Made by a program: the position numbers and the translations under genes | Source of the DNA: the human T2T-CHM13v2.0 reference genome, Homo sapiens | Length of the DNA: 64,000 bases | Reading direction: 5' to 3' (one strand) | Assembly (NCBI RefSeq): GCF_009914755.1 | Contig: NC_060934.1 | Shown here: positions 37,043-51,134 of the stretch, piece by piece | Layout: each line of letters opens with the position of its first letter | Numbering within the stretch: the first letter of the stretch is position 1 | Notes under the pieces: model-generated | The model's database searches: none | What the model was told of the DNA's origin: nothing | The model's input: only the letters and a program-made list of their open reading frames with translations

Positions 37043-38349
37043 GGTGGTTTCTCAGTTTTAGTAAGGAATGTAATAGAAATATTTCTCTCACTTTTGACAA
37101 ATTTGGGTTATAAAATCTATTAATATTTCCACAGAAATTCCCTTCCTTTCTTAAGAATTGTGGTCATATGTGATGCAGAGGCCCTCTGACATTTTGCCTC
37201 AGCATCATTTCCTTCACTAAGAAAACATTTTTTGTGGGTGAATGTATTTTCACATCATTTGCAAGTAGTAGCTTACTCTCATGTGTTAAATGTGCATTTT
37301 ATATTATTCTCATTCTGTTAAGTTATATTCTCATTTTGGGCTGTGAAAAAAAATCAATGGCTTCAAGTGGTTCATTGAAGTGAAAAAGCAGCAATGAAAA
37401 TACTAACACAAATACAATATCTCAGAATAAGATTGTAACTGAAACAGTGGATAAGACTCATATGAAACTCCCCCCTATCAATCTTTATATCTTGAAACAA
37501 GTGGAAAATGTGGTGTTGCTAATGGGATACACAACAATGATCAACTAAACTTGGCTGATACTAGATCTGAGATCATTTGTCCTATACAGTATCCTGTACC
37601 CAACTCCCTGTTCTGCATTGCTTTTAGTCACGAATATTTGCCCTAAGTAGAGTTGATGATGTTGACGTTTTCATAATATTTTCAAATAATATCTTTGTAT
37701 GCTCAGATAAATAATTGATCTTTTTCTAAAACAAGCAACAAATAATGCTTTCCAGGATGAAATCAATTAATTTTGTAGTTAAAGGTAGAAATAAACCCAC
37801 AGCTACAGTCATTATTCAAAATTACATTTCTTGTAGTAAAAACTGTTGCAAATCACACTATCACACAGAAGCCTAAAAAACAAGCCAAAATAATAATGAT
37901 ACCTGTTATACTGGGGGAGAAAACGAAAAGTATGCTATCAGCCAAATTCCCTTATCACATGACTACCTTAGATGTTACATAGCATCATTGGCATATTGTT
38001 TACTATCTGGAGTGTGCTGGAGAGATGTCTCACATTACAATTGGACGGCCCCATTCATGTGCAGACTTGGAATTGGTTTCTGGCACACAAGGCACAAGGA
38101 AGAGTGCTTCATATATTTCATTTTTTTGTCTACTTGATCATTTAATTTTCATTGAACGTTGTTTTGTGAGCCATAACACAGACAGAAAACAAGGCGCTGG
38201 GATCTACACGGATAGAACCCCAACTGTGTTTGCATCAGGGAAAAGTGTGGCTGTTAAGATATAAAAGGTGGCAAAAAATTCTAAATCTCAGAGAATAACG
38301 GCTGGGTGGTCAGCTAAATGCGTCATGTTCCTAATAAAATGTTGAAAGA

Positions 38350-38641
<292 letters not shown>

Positions 38642-38852
38642 AAACCTCTCACGACCCCCTGGAATATTCCTACTGACTTCATTCTATTAAGCCTCAGCTC
38701 AGGAAACAAAAGTTCTGCTACAAATTATCACAACAAAAAGGAAGATTTATTTCTATAACTGGTAAAAATAGATTATCATCAAAATGGAAACACATAGTAA
38801 TTTCTCAGAGAGAGTCTGCCCAGGAGCCCTGGGAGTTAAATACTCCTATATC

Positions 38853-39012
38853 AGGGCGGACTCTCACCTAGCTGCACATGGGAATCACCTGTGGGCTTTT
38901 TAAAGGGGCCTGTGGCTTATGATTACCCTTTAATTGGTTGGGGTGGGGCCTGGGATTTGTCTGTTCTTTTTTTTTTCTCCCAGGTGACTCTGGTTTGCAG
39001 CCAGGATGGAGA
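38853..39012. mobile_element. MER5-type hAT element
   Basis: gctgcacatgggaatcacctg...tttaattggttggggtggggcctggg...cccaggtgactct...gcagccagg. Confidence 0.65.
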
Positions 39013-39065
39013 CAAACTGGCATGTCTTGATTGTGTTTTGGCTTCGTGCACCTTGGAGTTGTATG

Positions 39066-39333
<268 letters not shown>

Positions 39334-39379
39334 GGGAAAGAAAGAGAAAGTTGAAAGACAGAGTGAAAATTGTAACTTC

Positions 39380-40000
39380 AATAGAAATCTCTCTTAGCCT
39401 CCACCTAGCCAAATCATTGTTTTCACTCATTTTCTCCATTGTTACAGTCAACTCCATTCTTACCTCTGAGCCTATTGATCATCTCATCTCCTTGAAACAT
39501 TTTCTTCTCTTTGTCTCCAGGACACCACTTTCCCTTGGTTCTCCTCCATCTTCACTGGCTGTTTCTTTTCAAGTCTTCCTCATTTCCCTGTGCTTGTAAC
39601 ATTGTAGGGCCTTAGGGTTTAGCACTTGAACCTCATCTCATCTAGACTAATGGCTTTATGTGAAATGGATGAACCCCAAGTTGATGTTTATTACCTGGAC
39701 CTCTCTTCTGAACTACAGAATAACTGCCTACTCTCCATCTCCACTTAGACTCTAAGAAGACATTTCATTTTAACCATGCCCAAAACTGAACTCTGGGTCT
39801 CCCCCTCAAACCTGCTCCACTGACATGCAGCCCTCCCCATCTTAGTTAATGCAATTTCACCTTTCCAGTTGCTCAAGCCAAAATTTGGGAGTCATCCTTA
39901 ACTCATCTCCATTTCCCCAACTCCCATCCAAATCCTGTCAGTCCTGTCTTCAAAATATATCTGGAATTTGGGCAATTCTCATCATTTCTGCTGCTAGCAT
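39380..40000. mobile_element. L2 fragment
   Basis: ctctccatctccacttagactct...caaaactgaactc...ccagttgctcaagccaaaa..ggagtcatcctt...caaatcctgtcagtcctgtcttcaaaatatatc. Confidence 0.7.
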
Positions 40001-40699
40001 GAAAGAGTTCTGGGTCTTAATTATTCACAGGACCTCTGACAGCAACTAGGAGTCATGCAGAAGATATACAACTGACAATGAAACAAGGCATGAGTGAATG
40101 AATGAATTACCAGGATCAAAATATCAAGAGAAGTGAATTGACAGAACCATCCAGTTGTCAGCCACCCTTAACAGAATTCAATTAAATGAATAGTTTCTGA
40201 GCACTTAGCATGGGCCTGGCATGTAAAATTTTTTCAGTTTTATTGAAGTACATTTTACACACAAGAAAATGCACCCAATTTAAGAGTATGGTTCAATGAG
40301 TTTTGAAAAATGTATATATCCATGTATACAATCAAACTCTTGAAAAATGTATATGTCCATGTGTACAATGAAACATTTCCATTATTTCCTGAAAACATTC
40401 CCCTAATTCACCCCCAACCCAGGCAGACACTGACCTGCTCCCTGTCATTATAGATTAGTTTTGCCTGTTCTAGAATATCATGTAAGGATAATAATGTGGT
40501 ATGCATACTTTGTTATTGTGTTTCTTTTATTTAGTTTAAGATGCTTGAGATACGTCCATATGGCTGCATTTATTCATAGTTCTTTTCTTTATATATGAGT
40601 GGTAGTCTATTGTATTAATATAGCATAGCTTTTTATCCCTTCATCAGTCAGTTCACATTTGCATTTTTTCCATCTTGGGGCTACTATGAATAAAGCTGC

Positions 40700-41084
40700 T
40701 ATCTTAGTCCATTTTGTGTTGCTATAACAGAATACCTCAAACTGGGTAATATACAAACAATAGAAATGTATCTGGCCCATGGTTCTGTAGGCTGGAAAGT
40801 TCAAGATCAAATGGCTGCATCTCATGAGGGCATTCTTGCTGTATTTTAACACAGTGGAGTGCGTCACATGGCAAGAGAGCATGCAAGACAAAAGAGATGG
40901 GTGAACTTGCTTTCATAACAGACCTAATCTCAAAATAACAATCCTACTCCCACAATAAAGACATTAATCTATTCATGAGGGCAGAGCTCTCATGACCTAA
41001 TCACCTATCTAAGATTCCATCTGTTGCATTGGGGATTTATATTTCCATCACATAAACTTTCGGGGACACATGCAAACCATAGCA
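40700..41084 (-). mobile_element. MST-type MaLR solo LTR
   Basis: tatcttagtccattttgtgttgctataacagaatac...aaaccatagca; 5-bp TSD gctgc/actgc; absent from the PNLIP-side copy (~3338). Confidence 0.85.
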
Positions 41085-43153
41085 ACTGCTACAAATATTC
41101 ACATAAAAGTCTTTGTGTTGACACATGCTTATATCTCTCGGGCAAATACCTAAGTATGAAATTGCTGGTGAATATGTAAGTGATTCTTTAATTTTATAGG
41201 AAACTACCAAATTGTTTTCCAAAGTGATTGTAAATTTGATACTCCCACTAGCAGTTTATGAAAAAAGTTCCAATTGTTCCACATCTTTAGTATTGTCAGT
41301 TTTTGCCATTTTACTTGGCTATAATGGTATTTCCTTGTGATTTTATTGTACATTTCTCTGATGACGAAAGATGTTGAGCATCTGTTTGCATGCTTATTGG
41401 CCATTCATAAATTTTTTGGGTGAAGTGATTGATTAAAATGTTTGCCTTACTTTTATTAGGTTGTTTGTTTCATTAACTTGTGAGAGTACTTTCCATAGCC
41501 TGAATACAAGTCCTTTGTTAATGTGTTTATTGCAGACACTTTTTCCCAGTCTGTATCTTGCCTTTTATTTCCTTAACAATGTGTTTTGAAGACTAGAGTT
41601 TTAATGTTCATAAAACCCAGTTTATCATACTTTTATAGAGTAAATTTTATGTCCTGCTTAAGAAATCTTTGTCTACTCTAAGGTAACAAAGATTTTCTCT
41701 TATGTTTTCTATTAGAAGGTTTTGGTTTACTTTTTACATTTAGACCTATGACTTTCAGCACTTTAAATAAGCTATTCCATTTTCTTCTGTCTCCACTGAG
41801 AAGTCTGAGGTCATTCTTATCTTCTTTATCCTGTAGGTAATGTATCTTTTGGTCTCTCTGTCAAACTTTGATAACTTTTTTTCTTTATCATTGAACTTAT
41901 TTTTGCCTTTGTGTGATTTTCATTGGATTTATCCTGATTTAGATTGTCCAACTTCTTAGTTATGCTTTTCATATTCATTCCTTCAGTTGTTTGTTTATCC
42001 ATTCAACAGGAATGTGATGAGGGCCAATGTACCAACCACTGGGGAAGATGCTAACATGTCACAATGAGGCCCAGAAAATTCCAAATTTCTCTGAGTTTAT
42101 GACCCACAAATGATGGTGATGGTCTCAAAGGAGGGAAGCTCAAAGAGAAGGCTGTCTTTGAGGGAATAGAGTTACCAATCTAATCAGGGCTGAGACATGA
42201 AGGATTGTGTAGGAATTTGCCATGGTTCCTATTCACTGGAATTCCTCCCTTGTCTCTTATGCATTCTTTCTTTATTTTAACAATTCCCTTGCCAAACTTT
42301 CTTGAACTTTCCTTGTACACAAATAATTTTATTGTTTTTCTCTGTATCTGAGCAGGGAACTAAATTATTTTTGACCACTTTTGACCTACAAACATGGCAG
42401 TTTCAGTGATTCGACCTGTATCTATGACATTGTCAGGCTAAATGGTTCTGGTCTTGTAAATTGTAATATCATTTTGTTGTCTTTTAAAAATTTATTGGAA
42501 GCAATATATCACAAAATCATCCTAGTTCCTTCTATCAAACGTTTCCCTTTCAGATTATCTTTTCTAGACCATTTTTTCCAAGTTGAATCATATTTTCCTT
42601 TCTTATTGATAACTCCATCAGACGGTGGGGTCGCTGATTCCTCCTCTGTGCTCTTGGCTGGACTCCCCCAATTCCTTTTGTCAGCTGGTTTATTCTTTCC
42701 TCCATGATACTGCTGAGAAATAAATTAGTTCTACAAACTATCAAAATAACATATCAACTACTTTTCTAGAAGGAATAAACTCTTGAAGGATTGCTTTTAT
42801 TTCGCTGTTTTTGAGGAAAAAGCGAGGTTATACAGAAACTGCATGACCTGGTAGGCTCTTGGTATTTGTTCATAAGACTATTGTCATTGCATCTGTAAAA
42901 ACAATGCCCACAGACCTGCACAGAGAATTGTAAACTAAAAAGGGGCAGGGACACTAGAACCTTCACTACAATGAAATTATAGTGATTCTTAGCATTACAT
43001 AATTACACATCTACCGCCTTTCTCATCTTCCCACAACTACTGTGGAAAACATTACCTACTCTATCAACCTTGGCTTACCCACAATTAAAATTAGAAATAC
43101 ATCCATGGAACTTTCTCTCTTTGCACGCCACTTTTCCATGGTACTCCTCAAAA

Positions 43154-43174
43154 AGATAAGCTTTACCTATAAAA
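43154..43174 (+). promoter_or_regulatory. Pseudogene core promoter: AGATAAG and TATAAAA retained
   Basis: Same motifs and spacing as PNLIP 11918-11938. Confidence 0.75.
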
Positions 43175-44713
43175 GGACCTTTCGTTGCTGTCTGGTTGTG
43201 TGTGGAACCTGACAGAACTGCCACAGTGAGTCAGGAACATGTTTTCCAGGCCTAACTTAACAGAATTTACCCATTTTCCCAGAGAGGGCTAAATGAACGT
43301 GAATTATGCCAATCTTGTAAAGAAAAAAAATCTTAGATTCAATCATGTTTTTAACTTTGTGTAGATGCTGCTACTCTGGACTCTTTCAGTGCTGCTGGGA
43401 GCAGTAACAGGTAAGAAAAAATATGAATATGGAGTTGGAAAAGATTCACTGTTCAATAGTCAAGAGGGCTATGGCAGCCGAATTCAAGGCATGACGTGGA
43501 TGACAAGAGAGGGAGATGCATGGCTAACAGCACAGGTGCTTGGAGTAGGGTTGTCAGATAAAATCTAAGATGCCTAGTTAAATTTGCATTTCAGATAAAT
43601 GGCAACTGTTTCCCACAAACATGTGATATATTTATATTGAACATGTTATTGCTTATTTGAAATTCAAATACATATATACAAGTTAAATTTTAATTTATTT
43701 ATTGTTGTTGTTAAATCTAGCCACTTTAGCTTGGGGTCAAGTGAGGGGTTTGAACCCTGGTTCTGCCACCTACAATTTTATTATCCTGAGCAAAATCATT
43801 AACCCCTCTGTGCTTCAGAATCTTTGTCTGTAAAATGTAAAGAATAGGATCCCCCCTCTCCTGTGTTATGAGAATTAGGTCAGATTAGCAAACCATCTTG
43901 CCTAGCACCTGGCACATGGTAAGATTTTGAGAAAAGCAGCCCCCACAACAGCAACTACTCTTACTCCTACCATTAATCTAGATTTATCCTACTCAGGAAA
44001 GAGAACAACACTTCTTTGGATTGTTTCTTTATGGAGTGACATTCAAGCCTAGAGTTGTGTTCAACCATGGACTTTCGGTTTGGTTGTTTGTGAACAGCTT
44101 CTTCATCACAGGAATGAAGATGACCTTCAGTACAGCAAGGATGGAGATACATGGGTTTTGTGGCCTTTCCATGAAACTTAAGCTCTCCGTTCAAAGCCCA
44201 GAGTTATATTGGCCCAAAGCCCAAAGTACCAAAGGCCCAAAGAAAACATTTGAGTTTAGAGGCTAAAAGGAGTCTCAGAATGGGACTGGACAGAGACACA
44301 AGGGAAGTGAGGTGGTCTTATGTGGTAGATTTTAGGAACAGTAGCCTGTATGTAACAGTGGCATTTTCTGTGAGCGTTTGGCTAAGAGGGTGTTTGGGGA
44401 AACAGAGGAGGAAAATCTGCCACAAAATGTAAATTAACTCACATTTTGGCAGAGAGGCTATTAAAAAGAGTGTTCTGGTTAAACTAATATCCTTGAAACA
44501 CATCTAGGAGATTGCAGGAACAGAAGTCTGTTACCCAAGACTCGGCTGCTTCAGCAATGATGCCCCGTGATCAGGAATTATGGAAAGACCTCTCAAAATA
44601 TTGCCCTCGGCTCCATAAGGTGTCAATACCTGTTTCCTTTTGTACACCAATGGGAACCTAAATGACTTCCAGGTATGAATGCTTATTGTTTTCAGGACAA
44701 AGTTCCATCTGAT

Positions 44714-45184
44714 TTATGTATATTGTGGCACTATTCACAATAGCAAAGACTTGGAAACAACCCAAATGTCCAACAACAATAGACTAGATTAAGAAAATGT
44801 GGCACATATACACCATAGAATACTATGCAGCCATAAAAAATGATGAGTTCATGTCCTTTGTAGGGACATGGATGAAACTGGAAACCATCGTTCTCAGCAA
44901 ACTATCGCAAGGACAAAAAACCAAACACCGCATGTTCTCACTCATAGGTGGGAATTGAACAATGAGAACACTTGGACACAGGAAGGGGAACATCACACTC
45001 CGGGGACTGTTGTGGGGTGAGGGGAAGGGGGAGGGATAGCATTAGGAGGTATACCTAATGCTAAATGACGAGTTAATGGGTGCAGCACACCAACATGGCA
45101 CATGTATACACATGTAACAAACCTGCACATTGTGCACATGTACCCTAAAACTTAAAGTATAATAATAATAAAATTTAAAAAAAA
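44714..45184 (+). mobile_element. Young L1PA 3' end (~470 bp) in pseudogene intron 3
   Basis: gcactattcacaatagcaaagacttgg...catgtaccctaaaacttaaagtataataat + A tail; no clear TSD. Confidence 0.93.
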
Positions 45185-45884
45185 GAATGTTGAATATACA
45201 CATATTCTAAAGAGAACAAATCAGACAACGGAATTGCATCCATAGACACTTTTAGGGCAGTGATCTGAACTGTTATTTTATGTAACTTTTTATTAAAAGT
45301 TCTTCAACTTCATATTATTTTTGTTCTACCTTCATGGTACCATTTAACAAGTATTCTAAATATGAGGAGATTTATATATATTTTTACTCTATACATAGTA
45401 AAAATTCCCAACATCATATGTTCATATAATCTCCCAATTATATATATATCTCTATATTAGATGGGTAGAGTACAGATATATATAGATACACGCACACATA
45501 CACACAAACGCACCAAGCCTTCCATTGTGTGAAGAGAAGATCCTTACCACCAAGATTATAACAGATACATTATCCCAAGTTGAACAATTGCAAACATGTT
45601 GTGATGACCAGGAAATAGCAACATAGTGATGATTGAGAATAGCGTGGTTGTAATGGGAGAATCATTATTCAGAAGGATCCTGAATCCTAGTAGTCTTCTA
45701 CTTACCGCCTCCCTCCATGTACGAATGGCTCTACTGGCTACTATAAGAAACTGACATGAAACGCTTTTCTGCCTAAACAGGAACTCATTGCAGATCCATC
45801 AACTATCAGGCATTTCCTGGGTCCAGGCAGTGGTTGTTTAATAACTAATACAGAGATGTTTCAAAATTTCAGCAAAAGTTCCTA

Positions 45885-47168
<1,284 letters not shown>

Positions 47169-49154
47169 CTCTTTCATTACTTTTCAATTTTCATGTGATG
47201 CTCTAAGAGATCTCATCTTGGCTGAACAAAATCTTTTTCTTGATTTTCACTTGCTACTCTTCGATCTCCTCTGATAGTGATAACTTGGGAAACTGTGTAG
47301 GTTTTCATTTTTGGCGTCTGTTGTTTCAACAGCAGTGATCCCATTTTCTTTAATTTGCCTTTGGCTATGTGCCTGTTATAAAGAATGAAAAGAAAGACAA
47401 TCAAATAGAATAAATTTTCTTAGTAACTGCTAGTGCTTGAGGAACATTGTTATTGATTCATTTATTCAAGTGTTTATTCATGTATTCATCACATTTCTTT
47501 GACCTACTGTGGCACAAAGGGAGAAGTCCTTTCTTCAGGTGTCGAGAAGAAAGACACAAAGGTCCTCCTAAGCCCATACAATTTCAGGTCTGCCTATGGC
47601 TCAAACCAAGGGCAGAATGAGTCAACTCCAGAGCATATCCATTGATCCTGAAGACAGATGAGCACCTTAGAGTCCATACATTTTGCAAGTTTAAACACAA
47701 GCAGTAAAACCACAATTTGTCTTCCAAAATAATTTAAAGCTGATGATTACTGGAGGTAGTAATAGATATTTATACAATAGCGAAAAATGAAATGTGATTC
47801 TTAGCTCAAAAGGAATATAGTTTTCTTAGTGAATACAATTTATTTCTGAGATCCCAAAAGCAGTTGTGTTTTTCTTGTATTTGGTTTAGCTTTGACAACA
47901 CTGTTGTATTTAGATGAAGAAACAAGGAGATTAAACTAGAAGAATAAAGGTCCTAGATCCCCGTCCTGATTCTCTCCTCAGCCAACCATGATATTAGTAA
48001 AATCAAACTCAGTTCAGGATATCAGAAGTGCTGTGCCCTAAGCACACTTTTATGTTGCCATTCAAGAGTAGCCAAACTGGATTCAAGACAATCATTTCCT
48101 TGCTTTGGATATTTCCTGCTGTAAAATGAAAAAGTTGGAGATCATTTCCAAGATTGCTTTATCATTTCCAAATTATTTTTAGAAAAAAATGAGGATATGT
48201 ATAAACACATAGCCAAATAAACAAAGCTCCTGCCCAAACAAACATTCATGAAACCATAACTGACCCTCATTAAACAAGTCTTCCAGTAGATATCTAGTAG
48301 GTTATATTTTCTATTGAAATAACTCTTCAGTGATGTACAATAAAATACATTCATCCAAAAGCTTTGCTTAGTCTTTCAATCATGGAAAAGCTTATTTCCT
48401 TACCTTCAATATGTTTATATAAGAGAACCTAAAGTAATATTTTATTCATTCAGTAAGTATTTACTGAGCACCTACTGTGTGCAAGAATCTGTTATAAGAA
48501 TTGGATATAGCAGTGAACAAGGCAAGCAATGTCCTTAGTTGCATCCTAGTAAGGGACAATGTCTTGTGACATTTAAAATGACCTAAGGAACAACCCATCA
48601 TACCACATTTTGTACATTTTTTGAAGTAAATGTCTATGTATCTATTACAGTAGAAATCCAAAGATTCCGGTTCCCATTGTGGTCAAACCTCTAGCTTAGA
48701 GCCAATGTTAAACTTTAAGAGGGATTCCATAGCCGTAAAAGACTAGAAGTCTTGTCAATTGCATTGGGGTTAAAATGATATTGTGTAGGCCAAGAAGAGA
48801 ATTTATCCTAGTCTGCAAATGTGTTAACTAGTAATTAATAAAGATCCTAAGTTATATATCTATTTATTGTCTTTTTTACCAGAATCTGTTCCAGGTGGGA
48901 AGTGTGAACTGTGTCTGTGCGGACTGGAAGAGTGGCTCCCAAGCTGCATACACACAAGCCTCGCAGAACATCCAGATTGTGGAAGCAGAAGTGGCATATT
49001 TTGTTGATGTTCTTCAAGTAAGTATCCTCAGGTTGTACAAAAACCCATACACATTGCTCTCTGAATTTTCTTTCAAAAAAAAATCCATAGGTATGATTAA
49101 TGACAAAGCCATTTTCAGCAATTTCTCTTTCCCCTTATTTGAAAGAAAACTGCA

Positions 49155-49440
49155 GGCTGGGCGCGGTGGCTCACACCTGTAATCCCAGCACTTTGGGACG
49201 CCAAGACGGGAGGATCACGAGGTCAGGAGATCAAGACCGTCCTGGCTAACACAGTGAAACCCCGTCTCTACTAAATACACAAAAAATTAGCCGGCGCCGT
49301 GGCGGACGCCTGTAGTCCCAGCTACTCAGGAGGCTGAGGCAGGAGAATGGTGTGAACCCTGGAGGCAGAGCTTGCAGTGAGCCGAGATCCCGTCATGAGA
49401 GACTCCGTCTGAGAAAAAAAAAAAAGAAAACAGCAAAAAA
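49155..49440 (+). mobile_element. AluY with right-arm internal deletion
   Basis: Alu lacking the ccactgcactccagcctgggc segment. Confidence 0.9.
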
Positions 49441-50032
49441 AATCTAGCTTTGGGCATCATCAATAAGCTTTGTTGGGTCAATAAACTAGTGCTGCTTGTT
49501 TGTTTGTTTTGATTCAAGCAACTAGGTAGGTTATTTCTAATAAATTCCATGAGTGTTTGTTTTAATTTTACCAGTTATAACCAAGTTGACATGACAATGT
49601 CAACCTCAAAATTAAACTAGCTTTTTGTTTTTGTGTCTTGAAGAGAAGCACAATGATAATAAACTGATAACCAAAAATACAGAAAATGTTATATTTGAAT
49701 GTGCTTAAGTAATTGCCTTCATTATTAGTTTCAAATCCAAATACTTGCTTCATCATCTCTGGGTAACAACTCCCCATGTCCATCAGGGGTTCACTCTACA
49801 TAGTAAAATCTCAAAGTAGAGCTCCTTCCACCAGTTCTGAAATTCAATTAATTTCCCTTTCTCATTATAACTGTGAAAGAGAAACATGAAAATCATTTAC
49901 TTTGCATAGGAATTACCGAAGGGGGCCACAACACCTGGCCAATGAGGGTTAGGCTCATTAGCAATGCTATTGATGCAGAATATAATTAATTATACAAATT
50001 TTGAGCCTTTGGGTTTAATTCTATTTGTTCCA

Positions 50033-50111
50033 TTAGGTTGGTGCAAAAATAATTGCAGTTTTCATCATTACTTTTAAGGCCAAAACTGCAATTACTTTTG
50101 CACCGACCTAA
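50033..50111. mobile_element. MADE1 (Hsmar1-derived MITE)
   Basis: ttaggttggtgcaaaaataattgcagtttt...aaaactgcaattacttttgcaccgacctaa near-perfect ~80-bp palindrome followed by TA. Confidence 0.92.
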
Positions 50112-51097
50112 TATTCTTTATGGTATGACACTTGTTCTTTGTATATCCCTGTCAATGGGAAGTAGACATAAATGAATAAAATCTCTGGATGTCCTTAATG
50201 CACGTTTGAGTCACACATAGTATTAAAGAGAGTGCTATAGACAAAAGATGAATATCATTAAAAAAATACAAGGACTCTAAGGGTTCTGATTTCTGATCAT
50301 GTGACCCAATTCAGAAAATGTAAAAAGGTAAAATACTTATTGAATGAATATTTATACTTGCATACCTATACTTTTGATCATAGATAAGTATTTTAATAGA
50401 GATAAAGCATTTAAGGACTTAAGAAATATGGGTTTGTAGATGAAAATGTCTAAAGTCTACCTTAGTCACCATCACATATATATGTATCAGGTAAATGTTC
50501 AAACTTGCTCTGGAAATAATTCTGAACCAAAAAATTTAGTCTATGTAAATCTAAACTATGTCTATAGGATGCTAATGAACATGGGAAATTTTTCTTGAAT
50601 GGTGACCTTTAAACCATATAATTATGGACATGTGGATATTTCTGTGCAATCTTATAGTTACCAAGATTTTTTTTTCATCTTGTTTAGTATTTTCTAGATA
50701 TCTAGGTTGGATTCTTATATCTAATCTTGAAAATTATATATCTATTGCTTGGATTTTTATAAAAGACTATTCTTTTCACTATAAATTTATTGAAATAAAA
50801 ATTTTAATGTATACCACTTAGAAGTAACATTTCAGGTAATGAAGATGCCCAGTGAAGTAAAAATTACCAAGGATATATATTTTAGTGACTACAAGAGAGG
50901 ATTTGAATCCTGGTTTGGTTTTACCATTAAATAGCTGAATGACTTTGGGTAAAATACTTCAATTCTCTAAGGCAGGTTTTTCATTTGTAAATGTAAATAT
51001 TAATGATACACTCAACATTCTTGGTGGGAGGCCTTAAAGAGATGATATATATTGAATGCTTAGGTTAAAGCCAAAAGTATAATAATTAGCATTCAAC

Positions 51098-51134
51098 AAA
51101 TGCTATGAGGGTGCATAAATGCTATGAGGGTGCA
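51098..51134. repeat. 19-bp tandem duplication
   Basis: aaatgctatgagggtgca(t) x2. Confidence 0.9.

Noticed and set aside
47996-48095. ~90-bp segment present in the pseudogene but not PNLIP, flanked by aatc
   Set aside because: Most simply an ordinary microhomology indel; polarity and source cannot be determined here
50033-50111. Hairpin that could be a miRNA-548-like gene
   Set aside because: It is a MADE1 palindrome; no evidence of expression from sequence alone
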